9,878 bases of DNA, taken from the IMG/VR virus record IMGVR_UViG_2690316241_000022. One strand, given 5' to 3'. The number at the start of each line of letters is the position of its first letter. Within the stretch, counting starts at the first letter, position 1. Positions 1 through 7,766 of the stretch are shown here, piece by piece. The notes under the pieces were generated by a model. It did no database searches. It had not been told where the DNA came from and was given only the letters and a program-made list of their open reading frames with translations. Source of the stretch: a virus (lineage: Duplodnaviria > Heunggongvirae > Uroviricota > Caudoviricetes). The position numbers and the translations under genes were made by a program.

Positions 1-219
1 TCACATCCACATAATTTGCTGCCCTGACGGTAACGGGTGCGGCCTTACGGCGTGGACTTCTCCCGGCTTTACGATGTATCGCTGTACCGACTCATAAGTG
101 ATGAACGTGGCGCTGCAATTCACGTTCTGACACTGGTGATAACGCTCTTTTGTCGTGTCAGTGATATAGCGGCTTGTACGCGCATGTGCGGCATGCTGGC
201 ATAAAGGACAATGAAACAT
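1..219 (-). CDS. ogr: Ogr, zinc-finger activator of P2 late transcription (72 aa)
   Basis: Translation MFHCPLCQHAAHARTSRYITDTTKERYHQCQNVNCSATFITYES... matches P2 Ogr as I recall it, with the C-x2-C-x22-C-x4-C zinc motif. The ORF track extends it to 93 aa (start 282), but the ATG at 217-219 has an AGAGG Shine-Dalgarno about 8 nt upstream and gives the canonical 72 aa. Stop codon is at window positions 1-3. Confidence 0.92.
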   Translation of the reverse strand: MFHCPLCQHAAHARTSRYITDTTKERYHQCQNVNCSATFITYESVQRYIVKPGEVHAVRPHPLPSGQQIMWM

Positions 220-300
220 CGCGAGCACCTCTTCCGGTTTTGTTGATGGTGCCATTTTAGTTAATTTATCCTTATAAAACAAACAGATAAAACAAAAACA
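220..300 (-). promoter_or_regulatory. ogr upstream region with candidate sigma70 promoter and RBS
   Basis: AT-rich D-ogr intergenic region. On the minus strand a TAAAAT (-10-like, plus 254-259) lies about 35 nt upstream of the ATG with a TTGTTT 17 bp further upstream. Motif reading only. Confidence 0.3.
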
Positions 301-1464
301 TCACTCATCATCTTCTGTTTCGTACTCCACATCAGAAAGCCTGACCTCAAGTTCCAAGGACGTCGTGAAGCCGCTATTATTCAGAAAATGTGTCACCTTA
401 GTGATTGTCCAGTCCTGCTCGTCTATGACGCGCTTAAAGCCTGACACTTTAACCGGTGTTTCCGTGTAAATATCTGCCCGACCGGTAGCCAGGCTGATGG
501 AGAACTCCGCCACACCCCGTTGCAGTTTATCCCACTTCGCCTGAGCGGCGCGCATGGCCTGCGCTTTCGTGGCATATACCGTAGTCAGGGCAAAAACGTT
601 GTCAGCCTCACCGGCCATGTATTCACCTTCGCGCGCTTCCGGTACTTTTGGCGCTTTCTTCTGCGTGACCGGTTTCGCTTTCGGGTGCTCCAGTGCGCGC
701 AGGTGTTTTTCTTTCTTTTTGCGTTTCAGTTTTACCTTCTGCTTTTGTGGTTTCGGGTCTTTGGTGTGTAACCACTTTGCCGTTACGCCGGTATAGGCTC
801 CACGGTCAGCAATCGCAAAATGATGGCGGTCGCCGTCGCTGCGGGTGATGGTGACCTGCGGGATTTTTTTACCGCTGGCCGTCACCCCCTGCCCCGCTTT
901 GAGAAACAACAGTTTTCCCATTTTTACCGACACCTCACCGCCGTTGCGTTCTGCAAGACGGGTCAGGAATTTCGCATCAGACTCCTGCGACTGGTCGATG
1001 TGTGGAATTTTTATTCCGGCCAGTGACGGAGCGACACTGGCTTCCAGCCTGTTACGGGAGGCTATCGCCTCAACAATCGCACCGAGCGTAATGTCATGCC
1101 ATGAGCCTTCACGGCGGGAATTGAGCGTCCCGCGAAAATCTGCACTCCGGGCGCGGATGGTGACCACATCCGGCGCGCCCCGGTGTTCAACCTCATCAAC
1201 GGTAAATTTCCCTTTGCATACCAGGGCAAAACCTTTCCAGCCGATATACACCGTCAGGACAGCGCCACGAACCGGCAGCCCGACCTGCCCGTCGGCATCG
1301 TTCAGTTCAATATCAAGCTGGTCAGCCTCAAAGCCCCGGTTATCCGTCAGGGTCATGCTCATCAGACGGTCGCTGATATTGCCGGTAATATCCCTGCTGT
1401 CGAGCATCAGCATGTAATCCGGCGTCAGCGTACTGCCTGCATCAAATGTCAGCGCATCCAGCAT
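301..1464 (-). CDS. D: Tail protein D (baseplate hub, phage late control D / gp27-like family), 387 aa
   Basis: 387-aa ORF in the position and with the length of P2 gpD. Its start overlaps the U stop by 1 nt (TAATG), consistent with translational coupling. Confidence 0.93.
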   Translation of the reverse strand: MLDALTFDAGSTLTPDYMLMLDSRDITGNISDRLMSMTLTDNRGFEADQLDIELNDADGQVGLPVRGAVLTVYIGWKGFALVCKGKFTVDEVEHRGAPDVVTIRARSADFRGTLNSRREGSWHDITLGAIVEAIASRNRLEASVAPSLAGIKIPHIDQSQESDAKFLTRLAERNGGEVSVKMGKLLFLKAGQGVTASGKKIPQVTITRSDGDRHHFAIADRGAYTGVTAKWLHTKDPKPQKQKVKLKRKKKEKHLRALEHPKAKPVTQKKAPKVPEAREGEYMAGEADNVFALTTVYATKAQAMRAAQAKWDKLQRGVAEFSISLATGRADIYTETPVKVSGFKRVIDEQDWTITKVTHFLNNSGFTTSLELEVRLSDVEYETEDDE

Positions 1465-1943
1465 TATCCCGCCCCCGTCATACCCGTGAATTTAGTCGCC
1501 ATACTGCCAGCCTTACCGATGAGCGATTCCGCCTGTTTACCGATATCGCCATAAAGCGCGGCCAGTGACTCATCAACGCGGGTGAGCGACAGCGTAAAAT
1601 CAATTTTCCGTGGTGTGCCGTCTGCAAAGAAAATACTCCCTGTTTCACTCACCTTGCTGATGACATACATGCCGTAAATCATGCCGGTGCCATCCAGCAA
1701 CGGCCACGCCCGGCCTTCCTCTGCCATCAGCCTGAGCGTGGTCATCGTCAGCTTTCCGCCGGTCAGTTCGGGATAAAGCACACCGGCAAGCGTCATGTTT
1801 TCCTCGCCAACACCGAGAAACTGGTAGGCATCCCGTTTACCGATACGGGAATTTGACGGCCAGCGATAATCTGATTCACGCTGCATGGTCTGGTGTGGCA
1901 GCGTCTGGCGCATAAAAACAAACATACCTAACGCGAGCATCAT
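1464..1943 (-). CDS. U: Tail protein U, 159 aa
   Basis: 159-aa ORF matching P2 gpU in length and synteny (T-U-D). Strong AAGGAGGTGA Shine-Dalgarno upstream of the ATG. Confidence 0.92.
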   Translation of the reverse strand: MMLALGMFVFMRQTLPHQTMQRESDYRWPSNSRIGKRDAYQFLGVGEENMTLAGVLYPELTGGKLTMTTLRLMAEEGRAWPLLDGTGMIYGMYVISKVSETGSIFFADGTPRKIDFTLSLTRVDESLAALYGDIGKQAESLIGKAGSMATKFTGMTGAG

Positions 1944-1957
1944 TTTTCGTCACCTCC

Positions 1958-4405
1958 TTAACCGTCATGCATCATGCTGGCACGGGCACGCGCGCGTTTA
2001 TCCCGCTCGTATTTTTCGAGCGCATCCTGTAACTGGCGGTCAAGCTGTGTCCCCGGCGCAGTACCACCCGTCAGGCTGATGTGATATTCGTTTTTACTCT
2101 GGTCCACATAAGAGCGGCCAGCCGGTGCCGTAACCGGCTGATAAGCCTGATAGCCTGCATAAGAGCTGGACGCCGGAATATAACCACCGGTGCCATACGT
2201 GGCGGCATGAGCTCTGGCGGCGGTCTGGTCAAGTGTGTCTGACTCTTTGTTGATAACACCGAGTTTTTCCAGTACCCAGTCAATACCGCTGCACAGTTTG
2301 TTGAACGCATTAAGCGGCAGCATCAGCGCGTCAGCCAGTGCCTGCCCGAACATGACGCCCGTGTCACGGCAACGGTTCAGCGCGTCCTGGGTGGCTTTGA
2401 CCGGGGCAATCAGGTTTTTAAACCGCTGCCACGCGGCCTGTAACTTTTCGCCCAGCCAGTCAAACACCGGCTTCAGTGGCGTAAACAGTTCCCCCACCGG
2501 CGCAAATGCCGCTTTCAGCCCTTCAACCACACCGCCAAAGAATGCGCTGACAGGCTCCCAGTATTTACGGATAAGCAACGCCCCGGCGACAATGGCAGCC
2601 ACCACGGCCACAACCGGCCAGCTAATCGCCCCGATGGCCGTCATAACGGCACTACCAACCGTCGTGAAGATTGCCCCCATTGCGCCTGCTGCCGCGATGA
2701 TGGCATTGATGCCGGTGATAACCGGCCAGGCCACGAGGCCAATGGCACCGATGATGCCAGTAAGCGCCAGTGCGCCACCGGCAATGAGACCAATGGTTGA
2801 CGCCAGTGATTTGTTTTTCTGTATCCAGCCGTCGAGTTTTAACACATACTTTGTGGCCGTCTGCATGAGCTTACGCAGTGCGCCTTCCTGCTGGTCAAAC
2901 AGGTCAGTCCCCACCGCCTCATAAGCGGACTGAAACTCCTTAAAGTCACCACCGAGATTGTCCTGCATGATATTTACCAGCTCTGCGGTCTTCCCGTCTG
3001 AGGCTTTAAACGCAGCGGTCAGTTTGTCCAGCTTTCCGGTTGAGGCGGCAGTCATCAGCACGGCGGCGGCTGAGCTGGCCTCCTCCCCGAAAATGGTTTT
3101 CATGTATTCAGCCTGCTGGGCAGTACCGAGCCGGTTTTTCTCAAAACTGGCCTGCATTTCTTTCAGAATGGTAAATACTGGTCGGGTATTCCCTTTACTG
3201 TCTGAGGTTTTCACGCCAAGCTCTTTGAGTGCATCCCATGCTTTTCCCGTTGGTGCCTGCAGGCGACTTAACACGGCACGGCTTCCCGTCCCCGCCATTG
3301 AGCCTGTGATTTTTGCATCATGCAGCGCCCCGACCATTGCGGCGGTTTCTTCAATGCTGACACCGGCATTTTTTGCCACTGGTGCGGCATAGGTCAGCGC
3401 ATCGCTCATGCCGTCAAAATCGGCGGCGGTTTTGTTCATCGTCATGGAGAGAACATCCCCGATATGAGCGACCTTATCGTTTGAAAGCTGAAAGGCGGAT
3501 TTCATCCCCATCAACAGGGCGGCGTTTTCTTCCATCGTGCGACGGTTCGCCAGCGCCATATTCAGCGTGACCGGCGTTGCCGCCTGAATGGCATCAACAT
3601 CCCCGCCGGCTTTCGCAATGATAATCTGCGCACCGGCTGCATCATCCGCCGAGGCGGCGGTGTTGTCGCCAAGCTGGCGCGCCTGTTTGCGTAGCGCGGC
3701 CATTTCGGCGGAGTCTTTTGCCACTCCGAGCACAGCCTGTAATTCTGAGTTTTTCTGCGCAAACTCATAACCGGGCATCAGCAACTTAACTCCGGCCATC
3801 GTTCCCGCCGCCGCAATCCCCACACCGGCAGCGCCCACCGAGGCCATATTTCCGGCCAGTTCCTTGCCTGCCTGATAACGCTGTTTTACTGCGTTAAGTT
3901 TTGCCTGTTGCGCACTGACACGCGCCAGCGCGTCACGCTGACGGTTAAGCTGTGCGGTGGTTTCACTGATACGGTTTTTCAGTCCCTGCTCATCATGTGC
4001 AAGATTGCGGGTATTAATTCCCACAGCGGCCAGCTCCCGCTGCTGGCGTTTAACGGAATCCGTCAGGCGGTTATATTTCGCCTGTAAGTCCTCCGCCGCA
4101 CGCTTTGCGGATTCCAGCACTTTCGCCTGAGCACGGGTCGGTCGTTCGGTGTTTTTAAACTGTGTGGCAAGGGCTTCGGCCTCCTGCCGTGCCTTTTCAA
4201 GTGCATGACCAGTCACGGCGAGCTGTGCACTGGTCTTGCGAAATCCCTCAATACGGGATGCCTGACCGTTCAGCTCGCGCAGTGATTTTTGTGTTTCCCG
4301 GATATCCCCCGACAGCGATTTGCTCGCTGTGCGGATGGATTTAAACGGGCGGGATGCCTGGTCAACAGCCCTGAGCAATACCTGTAATTTTACATTGTTA
4401 CTCAT
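1958..4405 (-). CDS. T: Tail tape measure protein, 815 aa
   Basis: 815-aa ORF, same length as P2 gpT. N-terminal half is rich in A/Q/R/K/E (coiled-coil-like); a long Gly/Ala/Ile hydrophobic segment lies at about aa 535-612, typical of tape measure proteins. Start overlaps the E' stop. Confidence 0.94.
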   Translation of the reverse strand: MSNNVKLQVLLRAVDQASRPFKSIRTASKSLSGDIRETQKSLRELNGQASRIEGFRKTSAQLAVTGHALEKARQEAEALATQFKNTERPTRAQAKVLESAKRAAEDLQAKYNRLTDSVKRQQRELAAVGINTRNLAHDEQGLKNRISETTAQLNRQRDALARVSAQQAKLNAVKQRYQAGKELAGNMASVGAAGVGIAAAGTMAGVKLLMPGYEFAQKNSELQAVLGVAKDSAEMAALRKQARQLGDNTAASADDAAGAQIIIAKAGGDVDAIQAATPVTLNMALANRRTMEENAALLMGMKSAFQLSNDKVAHIGDVLSMTMNKTAADFDGMSDALTYAAPVAKNAGVSIEETAAMVGALHDAKITGSMAGTGSRAVLSRLQAPTGKAWDALKELGVKTSDSKGNTRPVFTILKEMQASFEKNRLGTAQQAEYMKTIFGEEASSAAAVLMTAASTGKLDKLTAAFKASDGKTAELVNIMQDNLGGDFKEFQSAYEAVGTDLFDQQEGALRKLMQTATKYVLKLDGWIQKNKSLASTIGLIAGGALALTGIIGAIGLVAWPVITGINAIIAAAGAMGAIFTTVGSAVMTAIGAISWPVVAVVAAIVAGALLIRKYWEPVSAFFGGVVEGLKAAFAPVGELFTPLKPVFDWLGEKLQAAWQRFKNLIAPVKATQDALNRCRDTGVMFGQALADALMLPLNAFNKLCSGIDWVLEKLGVINKESDTLDQTAARAHAATYGTGGYIPASSSYAGYQAYQPVTAPAGRSYVDQSKNEYHISLTGGTAPGTQLDRQLQDALEKYERDKRARARASMMHDG

Positions 4406-4825
4406 TCGTGTTTCCGCTTCGCCGGAGCGCCTTTTCGCGCCATGTGATGAGTTCGGTCAGGCTCATGGGATACAGTTCTGATGGCGGCCAGTGAAATATC
4501 ACTGCCACATCCGCCATCAGGTCATCGACCGAGAGATTTTTCGGAAACGTCACTGCACCGAGTTCGGCGACAAAAAACCGACCACCTTACCGGCCAGCGC
4601 CACAAGGTCAGGCAGTTCCAGCGCGGCGACTTCCTGCTCGGTCAGCATCGGTGCCGTCATGCGCGGCAGCACTTTAATCAGTGCATCGACTTCGGAGTTC
4701 GCGACTGCAGCCAGACTGACACCGCGCAGCGTCCCGGCATTGGGTTTCATCAGCGTGACCTGTTCGATAACCTGCTCACCACGTTTGACCGGATTGTCCA
4801 GGGTAATGACGTTTTCTTTGTTCAT
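4398..4825 (-). CDS. E+E': Tail assembly chaperone E+E' (142 aa), made by programmed -1 ribosomal frameshift
   Basis: Manual translation: frame 0 to codon 85 (..GFL), then -1 shift at T_TTT_TTG gives VAELGAVTFPKNLSVDDLMADVAVIFHWPPSELYPMSLTELITWREKALRRSGNTNE and stop TAA at 4400-4398, overlapping the T start codon. Total 142 aa as in P2 E+E'. Confidence 0.85.
4550..4825 (-). CDS. E: Tail assembly chaperone E (91 aa), unshifted product
   Basis: 91-aa ORF MNKENVITLDNPVKRGEQ... in the position between FII and T; length equals P2 gpE. Confidence 0.9.
   Translation of the reverse strand: MNKENVITLDNPVKRGEQVIEQVTLMKPNAGTLRGVSLAAVANSEVDALIKVLPRMTAPMLTEQEVAALELPDLVALAGKVVGFLSPNSVQ
4571..4577 (-). 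promoter_or_regulatory. Slippery heptamer T_TTT_TTG for the E to E+E' -1 frameshift
   Basis: Plus-strand CAAAAAA at 4571-4577 is TTTTTTG on the coding strand, in the X_XXY_YYZ register relative to the E frame (GGT TTT TTG), 6 codons before the E stop. Confidence 0.8.
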
Positions 4826-4853
4826 GGTTTTCTCACTTCTGAATCGGGGTTAA

Positions 4854-4874
4854 CCGGTCAGCCAGGCTGACCGG
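4854..4874 (-). promoter_or_regulatory. Perfect 10-bp inverted repeat (CCGGTCAGCC-A-GGCTGACCGG) in the FII-E intergenic region; possible RNA hairpin
   Basis: Read directly from the sequence between the FII stop (4882) and the E start (4825). No downstream U-run on the mRNA, so not a canonical intrinsic terminator. Confidence 0.35.
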
Positions 4875-4881
4875 ATGAAAA

Positions 4882-5400
4882 TCACAGGCCGATATTGCGG
4901 CGGTGTTGCTCCAGCCGGTCGACGCCGTTCACCTTCTCAATCATGTTGATGGTGTCGATTTCGACCAGCTCCTTACCGTCCATCGTCAGCCGGAAATAGG
5001 TGCAGGCCACGGAGATTTTCGACTCGGTGTCTTCTCCCTGTTTGCCCTCGCCGGTGTCGATTTCTTTCTGACGTCCACGCATGACCACCTCGACGGCCAC
5101 CGTTTCGCCGGTATCGTCGCGCTGGTAAGAGCCGGCAAAACGAATCGGTACGGCATCCACACCGGTTGCGGCGTAAAGCTCCCAGATAACCGAATCCGGG
5201 AAGCCACCGAGCGACCACTCCATTGACAGCGCATCGTCATCAAGGCCGAGGTCTACCGGTGCGCTGCCGTTCATCCCCGCACCGCGATAGTTTTCGAGCT
5301 TACGGGTCAGTTTTGGCAGCGTGACGGACTTCGCGACGCCCTGATAGCTGTAGCCGTTCAGAAAGACGTTCATTAACTTGAGTTTGCGCGGCATTGCCAT
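4882..5400 (-). CDS. FII: Tail tube protein FII, 172 aa
   Basis: 172-aa ORF matching P2 gpFII in length and position, immediately downstream of FI. Confidence 0.94.
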   Translation of the reverse strand: MAMPRKLKLMNVFLNGYSYQGVAKSVTLPKLTRKLENYRGAGMNGSAPVDLGLDDDALSMEWSLGGFPDSVIWELYAATGVDAVPIRFAGSYQRDDTGETVAVEVVMRGRQKEIDTGEGKQGEDTESKISVACTYFRLTMDGKELVEIDTINMIEKVNGVDRLEQHRRNIGL

Positions 5401-5412
5401 CGGTCAGGCTCC

Positions 5413-6603
5413 TTAATTGCTGTTAACCGAGGTGACCAGATTTGCCAGGTATTTATCGGTAATACGCTGGCGCAGGGTCAGGTTTTCAAGAGGAGGCACC
5501 GGTGTATAGTCGTAGTCGATATACAGTTTTCCGGCCTTGAGGGTTTCCGCATCGTTGGATTCTTCGCTGAACCAGCAGGTCGCATCCACGATATAGCCGT
5601 TTGTTTTCAGCTCACGGAATTTGGCATTGATGCCGTCAACGATGTCGCGAATCAGCGTTGCAGTGATGGGCTTGTCCACCGCCCACATGTGCGCCTCAGC
5701 CATCGTGTCGGCCAGCACCTGCGCGGTGCGGGTGTAGTTTTCAAAGAGGAACAGCGGGTCATCAGAGCAGGTACGGTTACCCCAGAAGCGGAAACCGTCA
5801 CGGCGAATCAGCGTTGTGACACCTGACTCGTTCAACAGGTCAGCATCGGTGCCAGACTCCTGCAAATCCCAGAATACAGAGGCACTGATGCCGGTAACAC
5901 CGTTTACCCCGACGTTGGACAGCGTTTTATGCCAGCCCTGCTCCTGGTCGATTTTAGCGCGCAGGCCCAGCGCACGGGCGGTGGCATACGCGGTGGCGGT
6001 GGTACTGGCGACCGTATCCCATGCGAGGAAATCCGGCCAGATGACCATCAGCTCACGCTGGCTGAAATTCTGGCGGTAGGCTTTCACCTCGGAAATGGTT
6101 TTACAGCCCCATGCGCTGATATACCCGAAAGCGCGCAGCTTCTGACAGACTGATGCCAGTGCAACCGCCACCTCTTTGGTGTCCAGTCCCGGCACACCGA
6201 GAATACGCGGTTTAACACCGGTAACCGACTCCGCCGCCAGCAGGGCTTTCAGTCCGGTGTACTGACCGTTTTCGTCGGTGGTGCCGATGATATTGGAAAC
6301 AGTCTGCGCGAGTTTCGTTTCTTCGTCGTCGCCGGTGCCGTCTTCCACACGCACGACAACGGTGACCGGTTTTGACTGGTCAGCGATGGCCTGCAACGAT
6401 GCCGCCAGCGTGCCTTTTTTACCGGCCTTTGCAATTGCGCTCTGCACATTGGTAATCAGCACAGGTTTATTGAGGGGGAAGGTTTCCGCATCCGCATCGC
6501 TGGCCGTGCAGACCATGCCGACAATGGCAGTGGATACGGTGGAAATGACGCGGGTGCCGTCGTTAATCTCCAGCACCTGCACGCCGTGATGATAGTCACT
6601 CAT
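5413..6603 (-). CDS. FI: Contractile tail sheath protein FI, 396 aa
   Basis: 396-aa ORF MSDYHHGVQVLEINDGTRVISTV... matching P2 gpFI in length; first gene of the F operon. Confidence 0.95.
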   Translation of the reverse strand: MSDYHHGVQVLEINDGTRVISTVSTAIVGMVCTASDADAETFPLNKPVLITNVQSAIAKAGKKGTLAASLQAIADQSKPVTVVVRVEDGTGDDEETKLAQTVSNIIGTTDENGQYTGLKALLAAESVTGVKPRILGVPGLDTKEVAVALASVCQKLRAFGYISAWGCKTISEVKAYRQNFSQRELMVIWPDFLAWDTVASTTATAYATARALGLRAKIDQEQGWHKTLSNVGVNGVTGISASVFWDLQESGTDADLLNESGVTTLIRRDGFRFWGNRTCSDDPLFLFENYTRTAQVLADTMAEAHMWAVDKPITATLIRDIVDGINAKFRELKTNGYIVDATCWFSEESNDAETLKAGKLYIDYDYTPVPPLENLTLRQRITDKYLANLVTSVNSN

Positions 6604-6720
6604 CCGTTTAACTCCGTGGTTAATGGGTGAGTGATATTTTCAGTTGTGCCGGAGATGTCAGGCTATTTGTCCCGGTTGGCTAAGGGATGACACAATTTAT
6701 TCTTTGTCGCTGATGAGGGA
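6604..6720 (-). promoter_or_regulatory. Expected location of the Ogr-dependent late promoter PF; overlaps the invertase 3' end
   Basis: Only 59 bp separate the FI start from the invertase stop, so the FI promoter and activator site must lie here. GGAG RBS about 10 nt before the ATG. I could not find a clean TGT-N12-ACA dyad by eye. Confidence 0.3.
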
Positions 6721-7256
6721 AATTTTTTATAGAGCGTGGACAGACCAATATCAAAAATCAGTGCCACGCGTTGACGTGACTCCCCTGCAGCCAGCAACCG
6801 TCCGGCCTGCTCCCACTCACTCGTGGTGAGTTTCGGTCGTCTGCCACCAATACGACCTTTGGCTCTGGCCGCTTCCAGTCCGGCGCGTGTCCGCTCGACA
6901 ATGAGTTCTCGCTCCATTTCAGCCAGAGCACCCATCACATGAAAGAAAAAACGCCCCATCGGCGTGCTGGTATCAATAGCATCCGTCAGGCTGCGAAAAT
7001 TAACGCCGCGTTCGCGCAGTTCCTCAACCAGAATGACCAGATGCCGCATACTACGCCCCAGCCTGTCCAGCTTCCAGACAACCAGAGTGTCACCTTCCGA
7101 TAATGTTCTGAGCAGTTTTTTCAGCCCCGGTCTGTCGGACTTCGTGCCGCTGATTTTGTCCTCAAAAATCAGCTCACATCCTGCACACTCCAGTGCGTTA
7201 CGCTGCAATTCCGTGTTCTGGTCATTTGTTGATACGCGGACATAGCCAATAAGCAT
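6663..7256 (-). CDS. Serine DNA invertase, Gin/Pin/Cin/Hin family (copy 1), 197 aa
   Basis: N-terminus MLIGYVRVSTNDQNT with catalytic Ser9, then DTLVVWKLDRLGRS, MGRFFFHVMGALAEMERELIVERT and a C-terminal HTH (GLSTLYKKF): hallmark resolvase/invertase motifs, very close to Gin/Pin as I recall them. AGGGGA Shine-Dalgarno 9 nt upstream. Confidence 0.93.
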   Translation of the reverse strand: MLIGYVRVSTNDQNTELQRNALECAGCELIFEDKISGTKSDRPGLKKLLRTLSEGDTLVVWKLDRLGRSMRHLVILVEELRERGVNFRSLTDAIDTSTPMGRFFFHVMGALAEMERELIVERTRAGLEAARAKGRIGGRRPKLTTSEWEQAGRLLAAGESRQRVALIFDIGLSTLYKKFPSSATKNKLCHPLANRDK

Positions 7257-7283
7257 GACGGATCCCCTGAATAAAAACCGGAG

Positions 7284-7619
7284 ATGATGCCAGTTAGCCG
7301 CTATCTCTGCATTTTCTTAAACGTTGGTTTTGGAGAAGGTGCTAACTGGGTTATGTTACCTGGAGGAATGATAATTCAGCGTGTTTATCTTGGATTTCCT
7401 GTTGGCACCAATGTAAGACACATAACTTTCCCCCGGTCGTTTACAACAACGAACTATTCCATCTCAATTAACTGGAATGATATCGGTACTGTAACAACTG
7501 AAACACAATCGCCAGCAAATGTGGCGGTTGTTCATCAAACAAAATCATTAACAGGGGCCAGCATCTGGCAGGCAGGTCCCGGGGGATTTAATGTGGACAT
7601 TATAGCGGTGGGGTATTGA
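7284..7619 (+). CDS. Promoterless tail-fibre C-terminal variable cassette (cassette X); ORF as called from the first in-frame Met
   Basis: ORF runs through the crossover site (codons ..FLNVGFGEGA..) and is followed 1 nt later by a tfa start (ATGTACGTATGG). It lies next to the invertase on the strand opposite the tail operon, so it has no fibre N-terminal part. Markedly more AT-rich than the tail genes. Functional only if fused to the fibre constant part by inversion. Confidence 0.55.
   Translation: MMPVSRYLCIFLNVGFGEGANWVMLPGGMIIQRVYLGFPVGTNVRHITFPRSFTTTNYSISINWNDIGTVTTETQSPANVAVVHQTKSLTGASIWQAGPGGFNVDIIAVGY
7312..7337. promoter_or_regulatory. gix/hix-like 26-bp crossover site (copy 1): TTTTCTTAAACG-TT-GGTTTTGGAGAA
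   Basis: Two imperfect 12-bp inverted half-sites around a 2-bp core. The right half reverse-complemented (TTCTCCAAAACC) is 11/12 to the gix half-site TTATCCAAAACC as I recall it. Sequence identity between the two repeat copies ends a few bp beyond this site. Confidence 0.55.
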
Positions 7620-7620
7620 T

Positions 7621-7642
7621 ATGTACGTATGGAGCGCTAAAA
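7621..7642 (+). pseudogene. 22-nt stub of a tail-fibre assembly gene (MYVWSAK), truncated at the duplication junction
   Basis: ATGTACGTATGGAGCGCTAAA is identical to the first 21 nt of the tfa gene at 9878-9858 (minus strand); it then joins FI sequence at 7642/7643. Confidence 0.7.
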
Positions 7643-7707
7643 GTGGAAATGACGCGGGTGCCGTCGTTAATCTCCAGCACCTGCACGCCGTGATGATAGT
7701 CACTCAT
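7643..7707 (-). pseudogene. FI 5' fragment (start codon plus 21 codons) in repeat copy 2
   Basis: Identical to 6539-6603. On the minus strand it reads MSDYHHGVQVLEINDGTRVIST and then runs out of frame into antisense tfa/cassette X sequence, stopping after about 35 codons. Confidence 0.8.
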
Positions 7708-7766
7708 CCGTTTAACTCCGTGGTTAATGGGTGAGTGATATTTTCAGTTGTGCCGGAGATGTCAGG

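Larger units (their letters stand above)
6539..7342. repeat. Copy 1 of an 804-bp direct repeat (FI 5' 65 bp, FI upstream region, invertase, crossover site)
   Basis: Matches 7643-8446 (offset 1104) with a single mismatch, 7331 T vs 8435 G. Ends compared base by base; interior supported by identical translations of three different reading frames in the two copies. Confidence 0.95.

Noticed and set aside
1-282. 93-aa version of the ogr ORF starting at 282 (MFYKDKLTKMAPS..)
   Set aside because: Canonical Ogr is 72 aa; the ATG at 217-219 has a proper Shine-Dalgarno and the extra 21 codons lie in the AT-rich promoter region.
301-330. Intrinsic terminator after D
   Set aside because: A T-rich tract follows the D stop, but I could not identify a preceding GC-rich hairpin.
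520-4870. Plus-strand ORFs of 60-229 aa overlapping D, U, T and E (e.g. 845-1417, 1183-1554, 2235-2924, 2958-3392, 4481-4870, 4491-4853) and short minus-strand ORFs inside T in other frames (2071-2310, 3562-3768)
   Set aside because: All lie antisense or out of frame within densely packed, confidently identified tail genes; compositions are Ser/Arg/Cys/Pro-rich as expected for wrong-frame translation of GC-rich coding DNA, and none has a convincing start context.
4903-6589. ORFs overlapping FII and FI (4903-5226, 4973-5218, 4986-5243, 5816-6079, 5929-6153, 6249-6449, 6278-6589)
   Set aside because: Same reasoning: embedded in or antisense to the sheath and tube genes.
6604-6720. A precise Ogr-binding TGT-N12-ACA dyad upstream of FI
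   Set aside because: Several TGT and ACA triplets are present but none at clean N12 spacing by eye; I give only the region, not a site.
7621-7734. 37-aa plus-strand ORF MYVWSAKSGNDAGAVVNLQHLHAVMIVTHPFNSVVNG
   Set aside because: Chimeric reading: 7 codons of a tfa start followed by antisense FI sequence. A by-product of the junction, not a gene.
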